Of a stretch of 64,000 nucleotides of DNA, positions 1 to 9,650 are shown piece after piece. Position numbers and translations under genes: made by a program. Source of the stretch: Syntrophales bacterium (GTDB lineage: Bacteria; Desulfobacterota; Syntrophia; Syntrophales; PHBD01); NCBI GenBank assembly GCA_963668175.1, contig OY764159.1, positions 3,845,652 through 3,909,651 on the forward strand. The letters are read 5' to 3'. Each line of letters begins with the position of its first letter. Position 1 is the stretch's first letter. The notes under the pieces were generated by a model. The model was given only the letters and a program-made list of their open reading frames with translations, did no database searches and was not told the origin of the DNA.

Positions 1-1049
1 ATCGTGATGGTCAGCATGGACGTCGAATCCATCAGGCAGCCGAGGATCAGGTACACGAAGGCCAAAATGGACAACAGGACGTAATTGTTCAGCTGGGCCT
101 CGACAATGGCCTGAACGACGGCGTCGCTGAGGCCCGTCACTACGAGATAGCGGGAGAAGACACAGGCACCGGCCATGGTGAGAAAGATCATCGCCGATGT
201 CGTCGCCGTCTCCTTGATCCCGTCGACGATATGGGGAATGCACGCCTTCTTCATCGTCACGATGAGGAGGATCAGGATGACCACCGTGGCCACCGCGGAG
301 GCCTCCGTGGGACTGAAAATACCGCCGAAGATGCCGCCGAAGATAACGACCGCGGTCACGATGACCGGCCAGAAGCTCGGGATGGTCGCGAGTTTCTGCT
401 TGAACGTATAGTCGGGCATTTCCTGGGGTGCGATCCGGTCCGGACGATAACGGGCCGTATAATAGACGTGGATGCACATGAGGGCCGTGAGCATAAGTCC
501 CGGTCCGATGCCGCCCAAAAGGAGCTTGCCGACGGAAAGGCCGGTCAGGATGCCGTAGATGACCGCCAGGATGCTCGGGGGGATGAGCATGCCGATCATG
601 CCCGCCGACGCCGTAATACCGTAGGCGATCTTCTTATCGTAGCCGTGTCGCCTCATCTCCGGCGAGCTGACCTTGGCGAAGACCGCCGCTGTGACGATGG
701 ACGACCCGCATACGGCGCCGAAAGCGGCACAGCCGAGAATCGTGGCGATGCCGAGGCTGCCGCGGATCTTCCCGGTCCAGACGAGCAAGCCGTCGTAGAG
801 CCGTTTGCTGATGCCGCCCGCCGCGCCCCAGAGCCCCATGAGGATGAAGAGGGGCAGCGTAACGAGGGCGTAGTTGGCGTTGTTGAAATACATGCTGCTC
901 GTGGCGAGGTTGAAGGCATTGTCCAATCCCATGAGCAGCGCCATGCCCCCTATCCCGACGATGCCCAGGGCGATGCCGACGTGCACGCCGACAGCAATTA
1001 AAATCAAGAGGACGAATATCCCCGTAATACCGATGGCCATTGGGTCCAT
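1..1049 (-). CDS. TRAP transporter large permease subunit (DctM family); 3' end cut by window edge
   Basis: Absent from the ORF track because it runs off the window. Reverse complement from ATG at 1047-1049 reads MDPMAIGITGIFVLLILIAVGVHVGIALGIVGIGGMALLMG... and stays open and hydrophobic (multi-TM) down to position 1. It lies directly downstream of the DctQ- and DctP-type genes. Confidence 0.85.
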   Translation of the reverse strand, partial: MDPMAIGITGIFVLLILIAVGVHVGIALGIVGIGGMALLMGLDNAFNLATSSMYFNNANYALVTLPLFILMGLWGAAGGISKRLYDGLLVWTGKIRGSLGIATILGCAAFGAVCGSSIVTAAVFAKVSSPEMRRHGYDKKIAYGITASAGMIGMLIPPSILAVIYGILTGLSVGKLLLGGIGPGLMLTALMCIHVYYTARYRPDRIAPQEMPDYTFKQKLATIPSFWPVIVTAVVIFGGIFGGIFSPTEASAVATVVILILLIVTMKKACIPHIVDGIKETATTSAMIFLTMAGACVFSRYLVVTGLSDAVVQAIVEAQLNNYVLLSILAFVYLILGCLMDSTSMLTIT

Positions 1050-1063
1050 ATTGAAGATCCTCC

Positions 1064-1594
1064 TTATAATGCACTAGAACGGCCGGATAGACTCAGGACC
1101 GTGTCTAAGAAATTGACGATGTACTGGAGCGTGAAAAACAGGAAGCCCAGCGGCATGGCGAATTTGCCCACATACCAGGGCAGCTTGATGACGGCGAGCA
1201 TCTCTTCGCGAATCTCTAACGAGTGCATGAAGAAATCCCAGGCGTAATAGGTCACCATCGCGCAGAAACCGGCCCCGAGGACGGCGGCGAACAAATCGAA
1301 GTAGGGTTTTGCACCCTTGGGAATGTATTCGAAAAGGACGGTGACGCGGATATGCAGCCCCAGCGAAAGGGTGTAGCCCAGGGTAAGAAATACGATGTAC
1401 GCCATGAGAAGTTCCGACACCTCGACGGTGGCCGGAAGCGGAGCGTTGAAGGCAAACCGGGAGAACACGTCGTAAACGATCATGAACGTCAGGATCACAA
1501 GGGCGATCCCCGTAAGCAGATTGAGGACGTTGTCGATGTATCCGAGAACTTTTTTAACAGGTTGTAAAAAGTTTGCAGTTTCGTTTTGAGTCAT
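1064..1594 (-). CDS. TRAP transporter small permease subunit (DctQ family)
   Basis: ORF 1064..1696. The likely start is the internal Met (MTQNETANFLQPVKK...) at 1594, preceded by GGAG. About 4 TM helices, placed between the DctP and DctM genes. Confidence 0.8.
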   Translation of the reverse strand: MTQNETANFLQPVKKVLGYIDNVLNLLTGIALVILTFMIVYDVFSRFAFNAPLPATVEVSELLMAYIVFLTLGYTLSLGLHIRVTVLFEYIPKGAKPYFDLFAAVLGAGFCAMVTYYAWDFFMHSLEIREEMLAVIKLPWYVGKFAMPLGFLFFTLQYIVNFLDTVLSLSGRSSAL

Positions 1595-1734
1595 CTTATT
1601 TACTCCTTCTCCAATGATGGGGGGAGACGGATAGCTGCGGCGCATACGGCTCAGAGTGCGGCGGTGTCGCAAAAGGCCCGCCGCCGCACCCGTCAACCAA
1701 CAATACGGAGAGCAACGAATCCCGATTCAGACTG

Positions 1735-2808
1735 TTATTTCTTGACCCCCCATTGCCGTATCCATTTGTGTCCCATGCCGGCGGTGATTTCCTGATACCG
1801 CTTCACGATTTCCCAGCCGGGATATCCCATGGCCGTCACTTCGGCGGCCCACTCGGCCGGTGTGTCCGGACAGGCCTGGGCCCACTTCTTGCGGTCCGCT
1901 TCCGACATCTTGACGAACGTATAATTGGGCGTCTTCTTCCAGTCCGCAAAGATCTTCTTTTCCCAAGCCGGGTTGATCTCCTTGGCGGCCATGATCTCCA
2001 GCTTCTTGCCCGACTCCAGCATGATCTTCTGCACATCGGGCGACATGCTCTTGAACTTGTTCAGGTTCATCCACGTGCCGACCCAGTTGGTCGTCAGCAG
2101 TTCGGGATGAAAAACATGCGGGGCCTGCTCGATGATCTTGAAGGCGTACAGCAGGTCGGCCGTGTCCATCGCCATGTCGATAACGCCCGTCTGCATCATC
2201 GTATAGACTTCCGATCCGGGAGCCGCGACGGGCCCCATTCCCAGCGGGGTCAGCCACTTGCCGAAATAACGGCCGATGACCTTGCAGCGTTTTCCTTTCA
2301 ACTGATCCAGGCTCGTGACTTTATCCTTCGTCAGGAAGACTTCCGTAATACCGGGGCTCTGGAACATCTTCACGATGTTGTTGCGCTCCATGTCCTTCCG
2401 GAACTGGGGGAACTCTTCATAAATCTGGCGCATCGCCTTGGTGAGAATGAGGGGATCGGTGGGGCCGAAGGGGAAGGCGTAATCGTAGTCTTCCAGAGGA
2501 AGATCCTTCGGCGTGTACCAGCCGTAACTGACCACGAGGTCGACAGCGCCGGTCTTCACGAGGGAAAGATGCTCGGCCGGCTTGCCGAGGGCGCCGCCGT
2601 AGTAATTCTTGAACGTTACCGCGCCGCCGGTCTGCTGTGTGACCATTTTTTCCCAGGCCACCAGATGGGCTGTCGCCAGAGAACTCTCAGGAGGCGGATA
2701 AGGAGTTGCGACTCTCAAGACGACGGACTTCGGGGCCGCCTGAACCGGAAGGGCGCATACGGCCATCATCAATACCGCACTGATAAACAGATAGATGCAT
2801 TTTTTCAT
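1735..2808 (-). CDS. TRAP transporter substrate-binding protein (DctP family)
   Basis: 357 aa ORF with an N-terminal signal peptide (MKKCIYLFISAVLMMAVCALPVQA). Length and operon position are typical of a TRAP periplasmic solute receptor. Confidence 0.85.
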   Translation of the reverse strand: MKKCIYLFISAVLMMAVCALPVQAAPKSVVLRVATPYPPPESSLATAHLVAWEKMVTQQTGGAVTFKNYYGGALGKPAEHLSLVKTGAVDLVVSYGWYTPKDLPLEDYDYAFPFGPTDPLILTKAMRQIYEEFPQFRKDMERNNIVKMFQSPGITEVFLTKDKVTSLDQLKGKRCKVIGRYFGKWLTPLGMGPVAAPGSEVYTMMQTGVIDMAMDTADLLYAFKIIEQAPHVFHPELLTTNWVGTWMNLNKFKSMSPDVQKIMLESGKKLEIMAAKEINPAWEKKIFADWKKTPNYTFVKMSEADRKKWAQACPDTPAEWAAEVTAMGYPGWEIVKRYQEITAGMGHKWIRQWGVKK

Positions 2809-2826
2809 GTCGATTTCCTTTCTCGA

Positions 2827-3759
2827 TCAGAAGGGTCTGTAGGTCCTGCTCCAGTACTCGCGATTCTTCACTTCACCCGTCTTGAACTTCTTGACGTCTT
2901 CAAGGAACTCCGCCATCAGCTTCGCCTTGGCGTACAGCATTCTCTTTCCCTTGTCCGCCGTTGCCACAAAGGGGTTGCCCGGACAGCCGATCAGGCCGTT
3001 GTCGCTGTATTCCTGATGTTCCATCGGAACCCAGGCCAGGTCCTTACCGTCCATCTTGATGTAAGGCGAGCCGTTGTTCTTCGTGTATTTCTTGCTCACG
3101 TCGGAGGCCCATTTCGGCGCGTGGGTGTAATCCTTCGTCGCCCGCTCGATATGAACGATCTTCTTGCCGTAAAGCTGCTCGAAATAGAGGCATTCGGAGG
3201 CCTCGATCTCGCTGCCGTGCCAGCCGGGACATTCCTCGGGGGGACACTCGTAAATACCCTGGTCTTTGAAGAGATCCGGAGCGGCTTCCGCATCGTTCCT
3301 GACGCAGCAGACGAACGCGTTGGTCTCGTAACGCAGGGCGCGCATGGCCGGGTCGATCGCCTTCATGTTCGAGGTATGACCGGTGGCATAAACGAGCTTG
3401 TTGAACCCGTTGTGGATCAGGCAGCGGCCGATCTCGTAAATAATGTTCTGATAGGTGCTGGAACTGAAGGTGATGGTGCCCGAACCGATACCGGCCGGAT
3501 GAAGATGCTGGGGGGAATAGCCGATCGGCATGGTCTGCACGTAGGGCACATTGGCCAGTTCGGCTGCAAGCTGGCAGGGAATTTCCGTGGCAATCGTGTC
3601 CGTACAGACCGGACAGTGCTTGCCGTGCTGCTCCGTACTACCGAGAGGGATGATAACGACATCCGTCTCTTTCAGCCATTCCCGAACCTCGACATATGTG
3701 CAACGAAACAAATTGTAAATCTTTTCAACTTTTACTTCTTTTTTTTCTTCCCATTCCAT
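2827..3759 (-). CDS. creatininase-family amidohydrolase
   Basis: 310 aa ORF with the family motif IIPLGSTEQHGKH near the N-terminus and further His/Glu metal-ligand positions. Confidence 0.7.
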   Translation of the reverse strand: MEWEEKKEVKVEKIYNLFRCTYVEVREWLKETDVVIIPLGSTEQHGKHCPVCTDTIATEIPCQLAAELANVPYVQTMPIGYSPQHLHPAGIGSGTITFSSSTYQNIIYEIGRCLIHNGFNKLVYATGHTSNMKAIDPAMRALRYETNAFVCCVRNDAEAAPDLFKDQGIYECPPEECPGWHGSEIEASECLYFEQLYGKKIVHIERATKDYTHAPKWASDVSKKYTKNNGSPYIKMDGKDLAWVPMEHQEYSDNGLIGCPGNPFVATADKGKRMLYAKAKLMAEFLEDVKKFKTGEVKNREYWSRTYRPF

Positions 3760-3859
3760 GACACAAAACCTCCAATCAAATTTTCATTGAACTGTTTTCT
3801 CTTGCTTCTTGGAGAACGATCATCTTCACATTCGGGGCAACCCGATTTATTCAATCTTG

Positions 3860-4330
3860 TCATGCTCCCGATTTTGAGAAGAACAGATTCATTCCCACGA
3901 TGACAAACAGAAGTCCCGTCAACCGCAACCCCGTGATGGGAATCTTGGACACTGCAAACCACCCCGTCGCGTCAAGGACGAGAGAGGCGGCAAACTGGCC
4001 GACGAGGATGGCCGAAAATGCCGCGGCGACCCCCATTTTGGGCGCCACGTAGATAACGCTGCCGACAAAGACGGCGGCAGCAACGCCGCCCAGATAGCTG
4101 TACCAGGGCGCACTGAACCATCCGCCTCCGGGGCTGGAATCTGAAAACCCGCTAACCACGGCCACAGCGACCAGGATGGTCAACAGTCCGACGGCAAAGG
4201 GGGCAATAACCGCCTTCAGGACGCCGACATGATGGCCCAGCAGAGAATTGAGGCTTCCTTCGACGGCTACGCATACGCCGCCTACAATACCTACGAGTAC
4301 ATACAGCATTGTTTGTGCGTCCATTTTCAT
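3860..4330 (-). CDS. DMT-superfamily small membrane transporter (DUF606/YdcZ-like)
   Basis: 156 aa, about 5 TM helices, Gly/Ala/Val-rich sequence resembling YdcZ-type proteins. Confidence 0.6.
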   Translation of the reverse strand: MKMDAQTMLYVLVGIVGGVCVAVEGSLNSLLGHHVGVLKAVIAPFAVGLLTILVAVAVVSGFSDSSPGGGWFSAPWYSYLGGVAAAVFVGSVIYVAPKMGVAAAFSAILVGQFAASLVLDATGWFAVSKIPITGLRLTGLLFVIVGMNLFFSKSGA

Positions 4331-4352
4331 CCCTTCGTCTCCCTGTTTTCCG

Positions 4353-5894
4353 CTATTTTAGTTTGGCCAGTACGGCAAAATCCTCTTTCACGTGTTCATA
4401 AATGCTCTTGTAGACGCCGAAGAGATCGGCGTACCTTCCCGCGTATTCCCGGCGGGGCTCGACGACGCGCTCGATCTTGATCACCTGCTTCGCCGCAGAG
4501 GCCATATCCTTGTGGATGCCGACGCCGAAACCCGCCAGGATGCTGTTGCCGATGGCCTCGCTCTCTTTGACCTTCACGACATTCATTCTCTTGCCTGAAA
4601 CGTCGGCATGGATCTGCTGCCAGATTCTGCTCTTGGCGCCGCCGCCGCTCAGGTTGACTTCTTCCATTTTCACGCCCAGCGCATTTTCGAACAGGTCGAT
4701 ATTATGAGCGAAGGCGAAGGCCACGCCTTCCAGGATCGCCCTGATGACGTCCGAGCGCTTGTGGCTTCCCGAAAGCCCGAAGAGAACGCCGCGCGCATAC
4801 GGGTCCCAGATGGGAGAACGCTCGCCGTTCAGGTACGGCAGATAGATGATCCCGTTGGCTCCCGGAGGAGAAAGTTCCGCCTGCTCGTCGAGGTAATCGA
4901 AGGCATTGGTCTTCGTGAGGGCGGAAAGGCTCACTTCCTGCTGCCCGAACAAATCCCGGAACCACTTGATGGACGATCCCGCGTTTTCCAGGACGCCCAG
5001 GGAGAACCAGCAACCGGGAACACCATGGCAGCAGTTGACCACCCGGGGATCGAAGACCGGTTTGTCGAGAACGACACAGGGACGCGCCGTCGTGCCGATA
5101 ACGTGGCAGGTGGCCCCCGGCATCACGGCGCCGGTTCCAATGCCCGCCGCAGGCGTATCCGCCATGCCGCCGACAACGGGCGTGCCTTTCGCCAGACCCG
5201 TGATGGCCGCCGCCTTGTCCGTGACCTCCCCGACAACCTGCCAGGACGGATAAAGCGTCGGCAGCTTCTCCATGGGGATGTCCATCTCGCTGCACAGCTC
5301 GGCAGACCATTGCTGCTTCCCACCCGTCTCGAACAGGCATGTCCAGCTCGCCCGCGACCATTCCATCGTGAAGTTTCCCGTCAGCTTGTGGACGACAAAT
5401 CCACCCGGCCACAGGAATTTGTGCGTCTTCGCGAATATCTCCGGTTCGTTTTCCTTGATCCATAAAATGATGGGGGCGCTGGTGCCGCTCGCCGCAGGCT
5501 GGTTGCCGGTGATCCTGATGACCTTCTCCCCGACCTTCGCCTTGATCCTGTCGACTTGAGCAATGGTCCGCTTGTCGAACTGCATAATGGCCGGCCGCAG
5601 AGGATTACCCTCTTTATCGACCGCCACCAGGGCATTCGTACAGCTGATGGAGACACCCTTGATCTCTTTGGCGTCGATGCCGCTCTGCGCCAACACTTCC
5701 CGCGTCGTATCGACCGTTGCCTGCCACCACCCCGTTTCGGCATCATGCTCCACCCATGAAATACGCGGGTAGATCAGCGGGTATTCCCGATAGGAACGGG
5801 CGACGGTATTGCCCTCGACATCAAGCAGTTCCGTCTTGCATCCCGTCGTCCCGACATCGATTCCCAACAAAAAAGGCGCACTGAATTGATTCAT
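4353..5894 (-). CDS. FGGY-family carbohydrate kinase (xylulokinase/glycerol-kinase-like)
   Basis: 513 aa. Has the N-terminal LLGIDVGTTGCK phosphate-1 motif and the C-terminal GGGAKS motif typical of FGGY kinases. Confidence 0.85.
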   Translation of the reverse strand: MNQFSAPFLLGIDVGTTGCKTELLDVEGNTVARSYREYPLIYPRISWVEHDAETGWWQATVDTTREVLAQSGIDAKEIKGVSISCTNALVAVDKEGNPLRPAIMQFDKRTIAQVDRIKAKVGEKVIRITGNQPAASGTSAPIILWIKENEPEIFAKTHKFLWPGGFVVHKLTGNFTMEWSRASWTCLFETGGKQQWSAELCSEMDIPMEKLPTLYPSWQVVGEVTDKAAAITGLAKGTPVVGGMADTPAAGIGTGAVMPGATCHVIGTTARPCVVLDKPVFDPRVVNCCHGVPGCWFSLGVLENAGSSIKWFRDLFGQQEVSLSALTKTNAFDYLDEQAELSPPGANGIIYLPYLNGERSPIWDPYARGVLFGLSGSHKRSDVIRAILEGVAFAFAHNIDLFENALGVKMEEVNLSGGGAKSRIWQQIHADVSGKRMNVVKVKESEAIGNSILAGFGVGIHKDMASAAKQVIKIERVVEPRREYAGRYADLFGVYKSIYEHVKEDFAVLAKLK

Positions 5895-5917
5895 AACTTC
5901 ATCTTCTCCTCGTTTGA

Positions 5918-6682
5918 TTAAGCAGCCAGCCAGCCCCCGTCGACATTGATGACATGACCCGTAATGTAATCGGATGCCGCTGAGGCCAGAAATACAACCG
6001 CGCCCTTCAAGTCTTCCGCATCACCGGTTCTGCCGATGGGGATCTTTCCGAGAACCCATTTGGCCCTTTCGGGATCCTTGAAGAGGGCCGCCGTCAGCTC
6101 CGTGATGAAATATCCCGGCGCAATGGCATTCACCTGGATGTTGCTCTTTGCCAATTCGATCGCAAACTGGCGCGTCATGGAGACGACACCGCCTTTGCTC
6201 GTTCCGTAGATGCTGATGTTGCTAAGCCCGATAAAGCTCGACAGGGATGCGATATTGATGATCTTTCCCTTCTTTTTTTCCACCATCGCTTTCGCCGCCG
6301 CCTGGCTCAAAAAATAGATGGATTTCAGATTCACGCTCATCAGGTAATCGTAATCTTCTTCCGTCATCTCAAAGATAGGCTTGCGAACCTGGGTCCCTGC
6401 GGCGTTCAGCAGGATATCGATCTGGCCGTAATGTCCGATGGTGTCTTTTATAACCCGCTGGGCCTCGCTGCTTATGGACAGATCGGCGGGCACAACCAGC
6501 GCTTTGGCTCCTGTCTTCTTAATCAACGATGCCGTCTCTTCCAATGCGGAGCCGGTCCTGGCCACCAGCGCCACATCCGCGCCGGCTTCGGCAAGAGCAA
6601 GGGCCATTCCCTGGCCCAAGCCCCGGCTTGCACCCGTTACCAGAGCCACACTTCCTTTTAAGTTAAATTTATCCAGAATCAT
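5918..6682 (-). CDS. SDR-family oxidoreductase (KduD/gluconate-5-dehydrogenase-like)
   Basis: ORF 5918..6733. The likely start is MILDKFNLKG at 6682, behind AAAGGAGG. Has the TGASRGLG cofactor motif and the YxxxK catalytic motif (YGTSKGG). Confidence 0.85.
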   Translation of the reverse strand: MILDKFNLKGSVALVTGASRGLGQGMALALAEAGADVALVARTGSALEETASLIKKTGAKALVVPADLSISSEAQRVIKDTIGHYGQIDILLNAAGTQVRKPIFEMTEEDYDYLMSVNLKSIYFLSQAAAKAMVEKKKGKIINIASLSSFIGLSNISIYGTSKGGVVSMTRQFAIELAKSNIQVNAIAPGYFITELTAALFKDPERAKWVLGKIPIGRTGDAEDLKGAVVFLASAASDYITGHVINVDGGWLAA

Positions 6683-6957
6683 TTTTTCCTCCTTTAAAGA
6701 CCGCCTACAGCCGTTGCTATTTATGTAGCGCATACGTGCCTTTAGCTGCCATGTCTAAAATGTTGCATACAATTTGGGTTGACAATATTGCTATGATTAA
6801 TTGTATTAATTGTCAAGGCCAAATTTACCCTTTCCGCCTCACTGCACCTTGCAAAAAAAGGCCCACTTGCACGCATAAACAGCAGATATCTCTAGTCTTT
6901 ATGATTGCATGACCGGGTTCGGATCGTTGATAGGACAAATCAGGGGAATATCGGTAC

Positions 6958-7875
6958 TTATTGTGGCTTGCTGTATCGAAATTCGGAAGGACACATCAGG
7001 CAGTGCTTCCGGAAGTAACGAGCAAAATAGGAGGGATCTTCAAAGTTCAGATAATAGGCTATTTCGGACACGGACATATCGGTGTATCGCAAGAGCCTTT
7101 TCGCCTCGATCAGGATGCGGTTCCGGATCACTTCACCCGCCGATCGATTGATAGTCTTACGAATGGATTCACAGAGATGTCCGGTCGTCACGTGCAGTTG
7201 TCTTGCATAATCGGATACAGACGAATTCTTCAGGAAGTCCGTCTCGACGAGACTCAAGAATCGGCGGGCCAGAGGAGCGCATTTATCATCCAGCGACATC
7301 AAGCGCAAATCGTTTGCTATCCGCAATGATTCAATCAGCCATAGCCTTAAATAAGCGCGCAGGGCCTCTTCTCTGCCCAGTCTTGATATCAAATATTCAC
7401 CCTCCATCATTCGGGCAATGGACTCGAACTTTTCGAACTGCTCCCATTGCAGATGTATGACCGGGCTGCCCCCGATGGTGATGAAGATATAGAGTTCTGG
7501 GGAATAGGTCGTGTTCATTTCGCCGGAAAGGAGGAACTCAGAGGAGAACCTTATCATCATTCCCGAACGATTCCTTGATTTTTCCCAGGAATGAACCCGG
7601 CCCGGGGCGAAGAACAGAAGTTGCGGCGTGGTCAAAGGGTAATCTTCATAATCGATGGAAATCGCTCCTTCGCCTCCGGAAAGAATAAAGGTCTCGTAAA
7701 AATCATGTCGGTGCGGACCGACAACGTTTTGTTTCGCCTTTTCGAACGCCGCTTCAAGAGACAATACCTCGAAGTAGGGGATTTTATCTCCTATGGCCAC
7801 ATCCGTAATGTTGTAGATAGGAATACTCTTCTGCTTCATACGCCATAAAATGAAACAACGGCCTATTTTTGTCAA
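6958..7875 (-). CDS. AraC-family transcriptional regulator (cupin sensor + HTH)
   Basis: 305 aa. Has an N-terminal cupin-like region and a C-terminal AraC double HTH (SVSDYARQLHVTTGHLCESIRK...SVSEIAYYLNFEDPSYFARYFRK). An alternative start is Met13 at 7839. Confidence 0.85.
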   Translation of the reverse strand: MTKIGRCFILWRMKQKSIPIYNITDVAIGDKIPYFEVLSLEAAFEKAKQNVVGPHRHDFYETFILSGGEGAISIDYEDYPLTTPQLLFFAPGRVHSWEKSRNRSGMMIRFSSEFLLSGEMNTTYSPELYIFITIGGSPVIHLQWEQFEKFESIARMMEGEYLISRLGREEALRAYLRLWLIESLRIANDLRLMSLDDKCAPLARRFLSLVETDFLKNSSVSDYARQLHVTTGHLCESIRKTINRSAGEVIRNRILIEAKRLLRYTDMSVSEIAYYLNFEDPSYFARYFRKHCLMCPSEFRYSKPQ

Positions 7876-8179
7876 CTTTTTTTGCAGTCCTGTTCATATT
7901 GTCAGGTATGCCGAAGCTATGCTGCGGAGCTATCTTATCCTTTTTCAGACGCGGTTGAAACGGAGTATCAGAATTTATTTTTTGATTCAACGGGTAGGGG
8001 AATATTCCGGCGCCTTCACTGCCGAAGAGAAAAAAAGGATACTGCCTGAAATGCATGAAGGCCTTCCCCCCCATCGGGGGATAAAGCCCTCATGCACATG
8101 AATATCTGCTTCAAACCGCGGATTCCTATCGGATGAGACGATAGAACACACCGGCGGCGGATGACTATCCGCTCATATA

Positions 8180-8737
8180 TCATACGTACTCGAGTACAAC
8201 GGCCATATGATCGGTCAGTTCCACGAGAATTTCGAGGTCATCCAAACAAAAAGCCGACGGCCTGTCGCTGTCGACAACAAGAACGCCTAAGACATTTCGT
8301 TCGCTTATGATCGGTACGGCCAGCTTCGATCTGATACCCGGGATGTATTCGATATAACGGGGCTCGTCATAAATATCGGCAATCAGTAGCGGTATTCCAT
8401 GAGCAGCAGCGCAACCGGCAATACCTTCACCTATCCTTATGCTGAACTTTTTAACGTCGATTTCCTCGCCGCGCCCGATATGAAGAACGATTCTTAAATG
8501 CTCCCGGGCCGCTATGAAGAGCGTACATACAGACGCGTCGGTCATCTTCATGACACTCTTCATGACGGCTTCAATGCGTTTATCCAGATTTAACTTGGAT
8601 ACCGTCTTTTGGGTATCTTTAGGAAACGTCAATATCCTGGCATGCTTCCTCTGATATCGTCTTTTATATTCTGTATTTTCAGAACTATCCGATAAACATT
8701 CCACTGCCGATGCATCGGAGATACTGTTGACATTCAT
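8180..8737 (-). CDS. stand-alone GAF-domain protein
   Basis: 185 aa. The C-terminal 130 aa match the GAF pattern (IAGCAAAHGIPLLIADIYDEPRYI...KLAVPIISERNVLGVLVVDS). No output domain is present. Confidence 0.6.
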   Translation of the reverse strand: MNVNSISDASAVECLSDSSENTEYKRRYQRKHARILTFPKDTQKTVSKLNLDKRIEAVMKSVMKMTDASVCTLFIAAREHLRIVLHIGRGEEIDVKKFSIRIGEGIAGCAAAHGIPLLIADIYDEPRYIEYIPGIRSKLAVPIISERNVLGVLVVDSDRPSAFCLDDLEILVELTDHMAVVLEYV

Positions 8738-8853
8738 TTTTTTCAGTCACGCCTTCCACACGACACAACCGTGATATCGCCTAAAGGCCCTTTTTTGCTA
8801 TAACCTGCCTCAGTTTCAAAATCATCTTTGAAACCATATAATTCACCAGATAA

Positions 8854-9633
8854 CTACTTCTTCGCCGCCCTGGCTGCCGCAAGCTTTGCCTGGAGGGCAT
8901 CGATGCGCTGGTGGTTGTCCTCGGAGCCGATATACGTCCTGAACAGCCATTCCTGGACCTTCATGGCGCCGTCAAGGTCTTCGTCCAGAATGTGGTTCGC
9001 AAGCTGCTTCGTCTCCTTCAGGCACATACGGTCGTAGGAGGCCATCTCCTTCGCGATCGCCATGACAGACGTCAGCAACTGCCCTTCCGGGAACACCTTC
9101 GTCACGTAGCCCATCTTCTCCGCCTCGTACGCATCGTAGATACGGCCCGTCAGCGCCACTTCCTTCGCACGGCCCAGACCGATGATACGCCACAGCGGGT
9201 CCATGATCGGCGTCAGCGACAGAACGATTTCCCGCTGACCGAACTTCGCCCGTTCGGACGCATACCGGATATCGCACATCAAGGTCAGGTCGAATCCGCC
9301 CGCGATGGCCGGCCCGCCAACGGCGCAGATCACCGGCTGCTCGCAGAACATGATCGCACGGTACGCTCGGTGGAACAGCGCCGTGTAGTCCTCGTTCGAG
9401 ACCTTCTCCAGCTTCCGGATGATCGTGAGATCGAAGCCCGCCGAGAAGTACTTCTCGCCGCCCGTGAACACGACCACGTTCACGTCCTGACGCTTCGCGA
9501 TCTCCGTAAAGATATATTCCACTTCCTGAAGAACCTCGGGCGCCAGCGCATTCCCCTTGTCCGGACGATGGATCGTCACCGTCGCCACCTTGTCTTCCAC
9601 ATTCAACAGCAGATACTTCATGTCCATAAGCAT
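8854..9633 (-). CDS. enoyl-CoA hydratase/isomerase (crotonase) family protein
   Basis: 259 aa with the crotonase fold signature (VVVFTGGEKYFSAGFDL ... AVGGPAIAGGFDLTLMCDIRYAS). Confidence 0.85.
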   Translation of the reverse strand: MLMDMKYLLLNVEDKVATVTIHRPDKGNALAPEVLQEVEYIFTEIAKRQDVNVVVFTGGEKYFSAGFDLTIIRKLEKVSNEDYTALFHRAYRAIMFCEQPVICAVGGPAIAGGFDLTLMCDIRYASERAKFGQREIVLSLTPIMDPLWRIIGLGRAKEVALTGRIYDAYEAEKMGYVTKVFPEGQLLTSVMAIAKEMASYDRMCLKETKQLANHILDEDLDGAMKVQEWLFRTYIGSEDNHQRIDALQAKLAAARAAKK

Positions 9634-9650
9634 ACTCCTCTATTCTATGA

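Noticed and set aside
1753-3903. 716-aa plus-strand ORF spanning the DctP and creatininase-family genes
   Set aside because: It is antisense to two well-supported genes. Its translation is Arg/Leu/Gly/His-rich low complexity with no motif, which is typical of a shadow ORF in GC-rich DNA.
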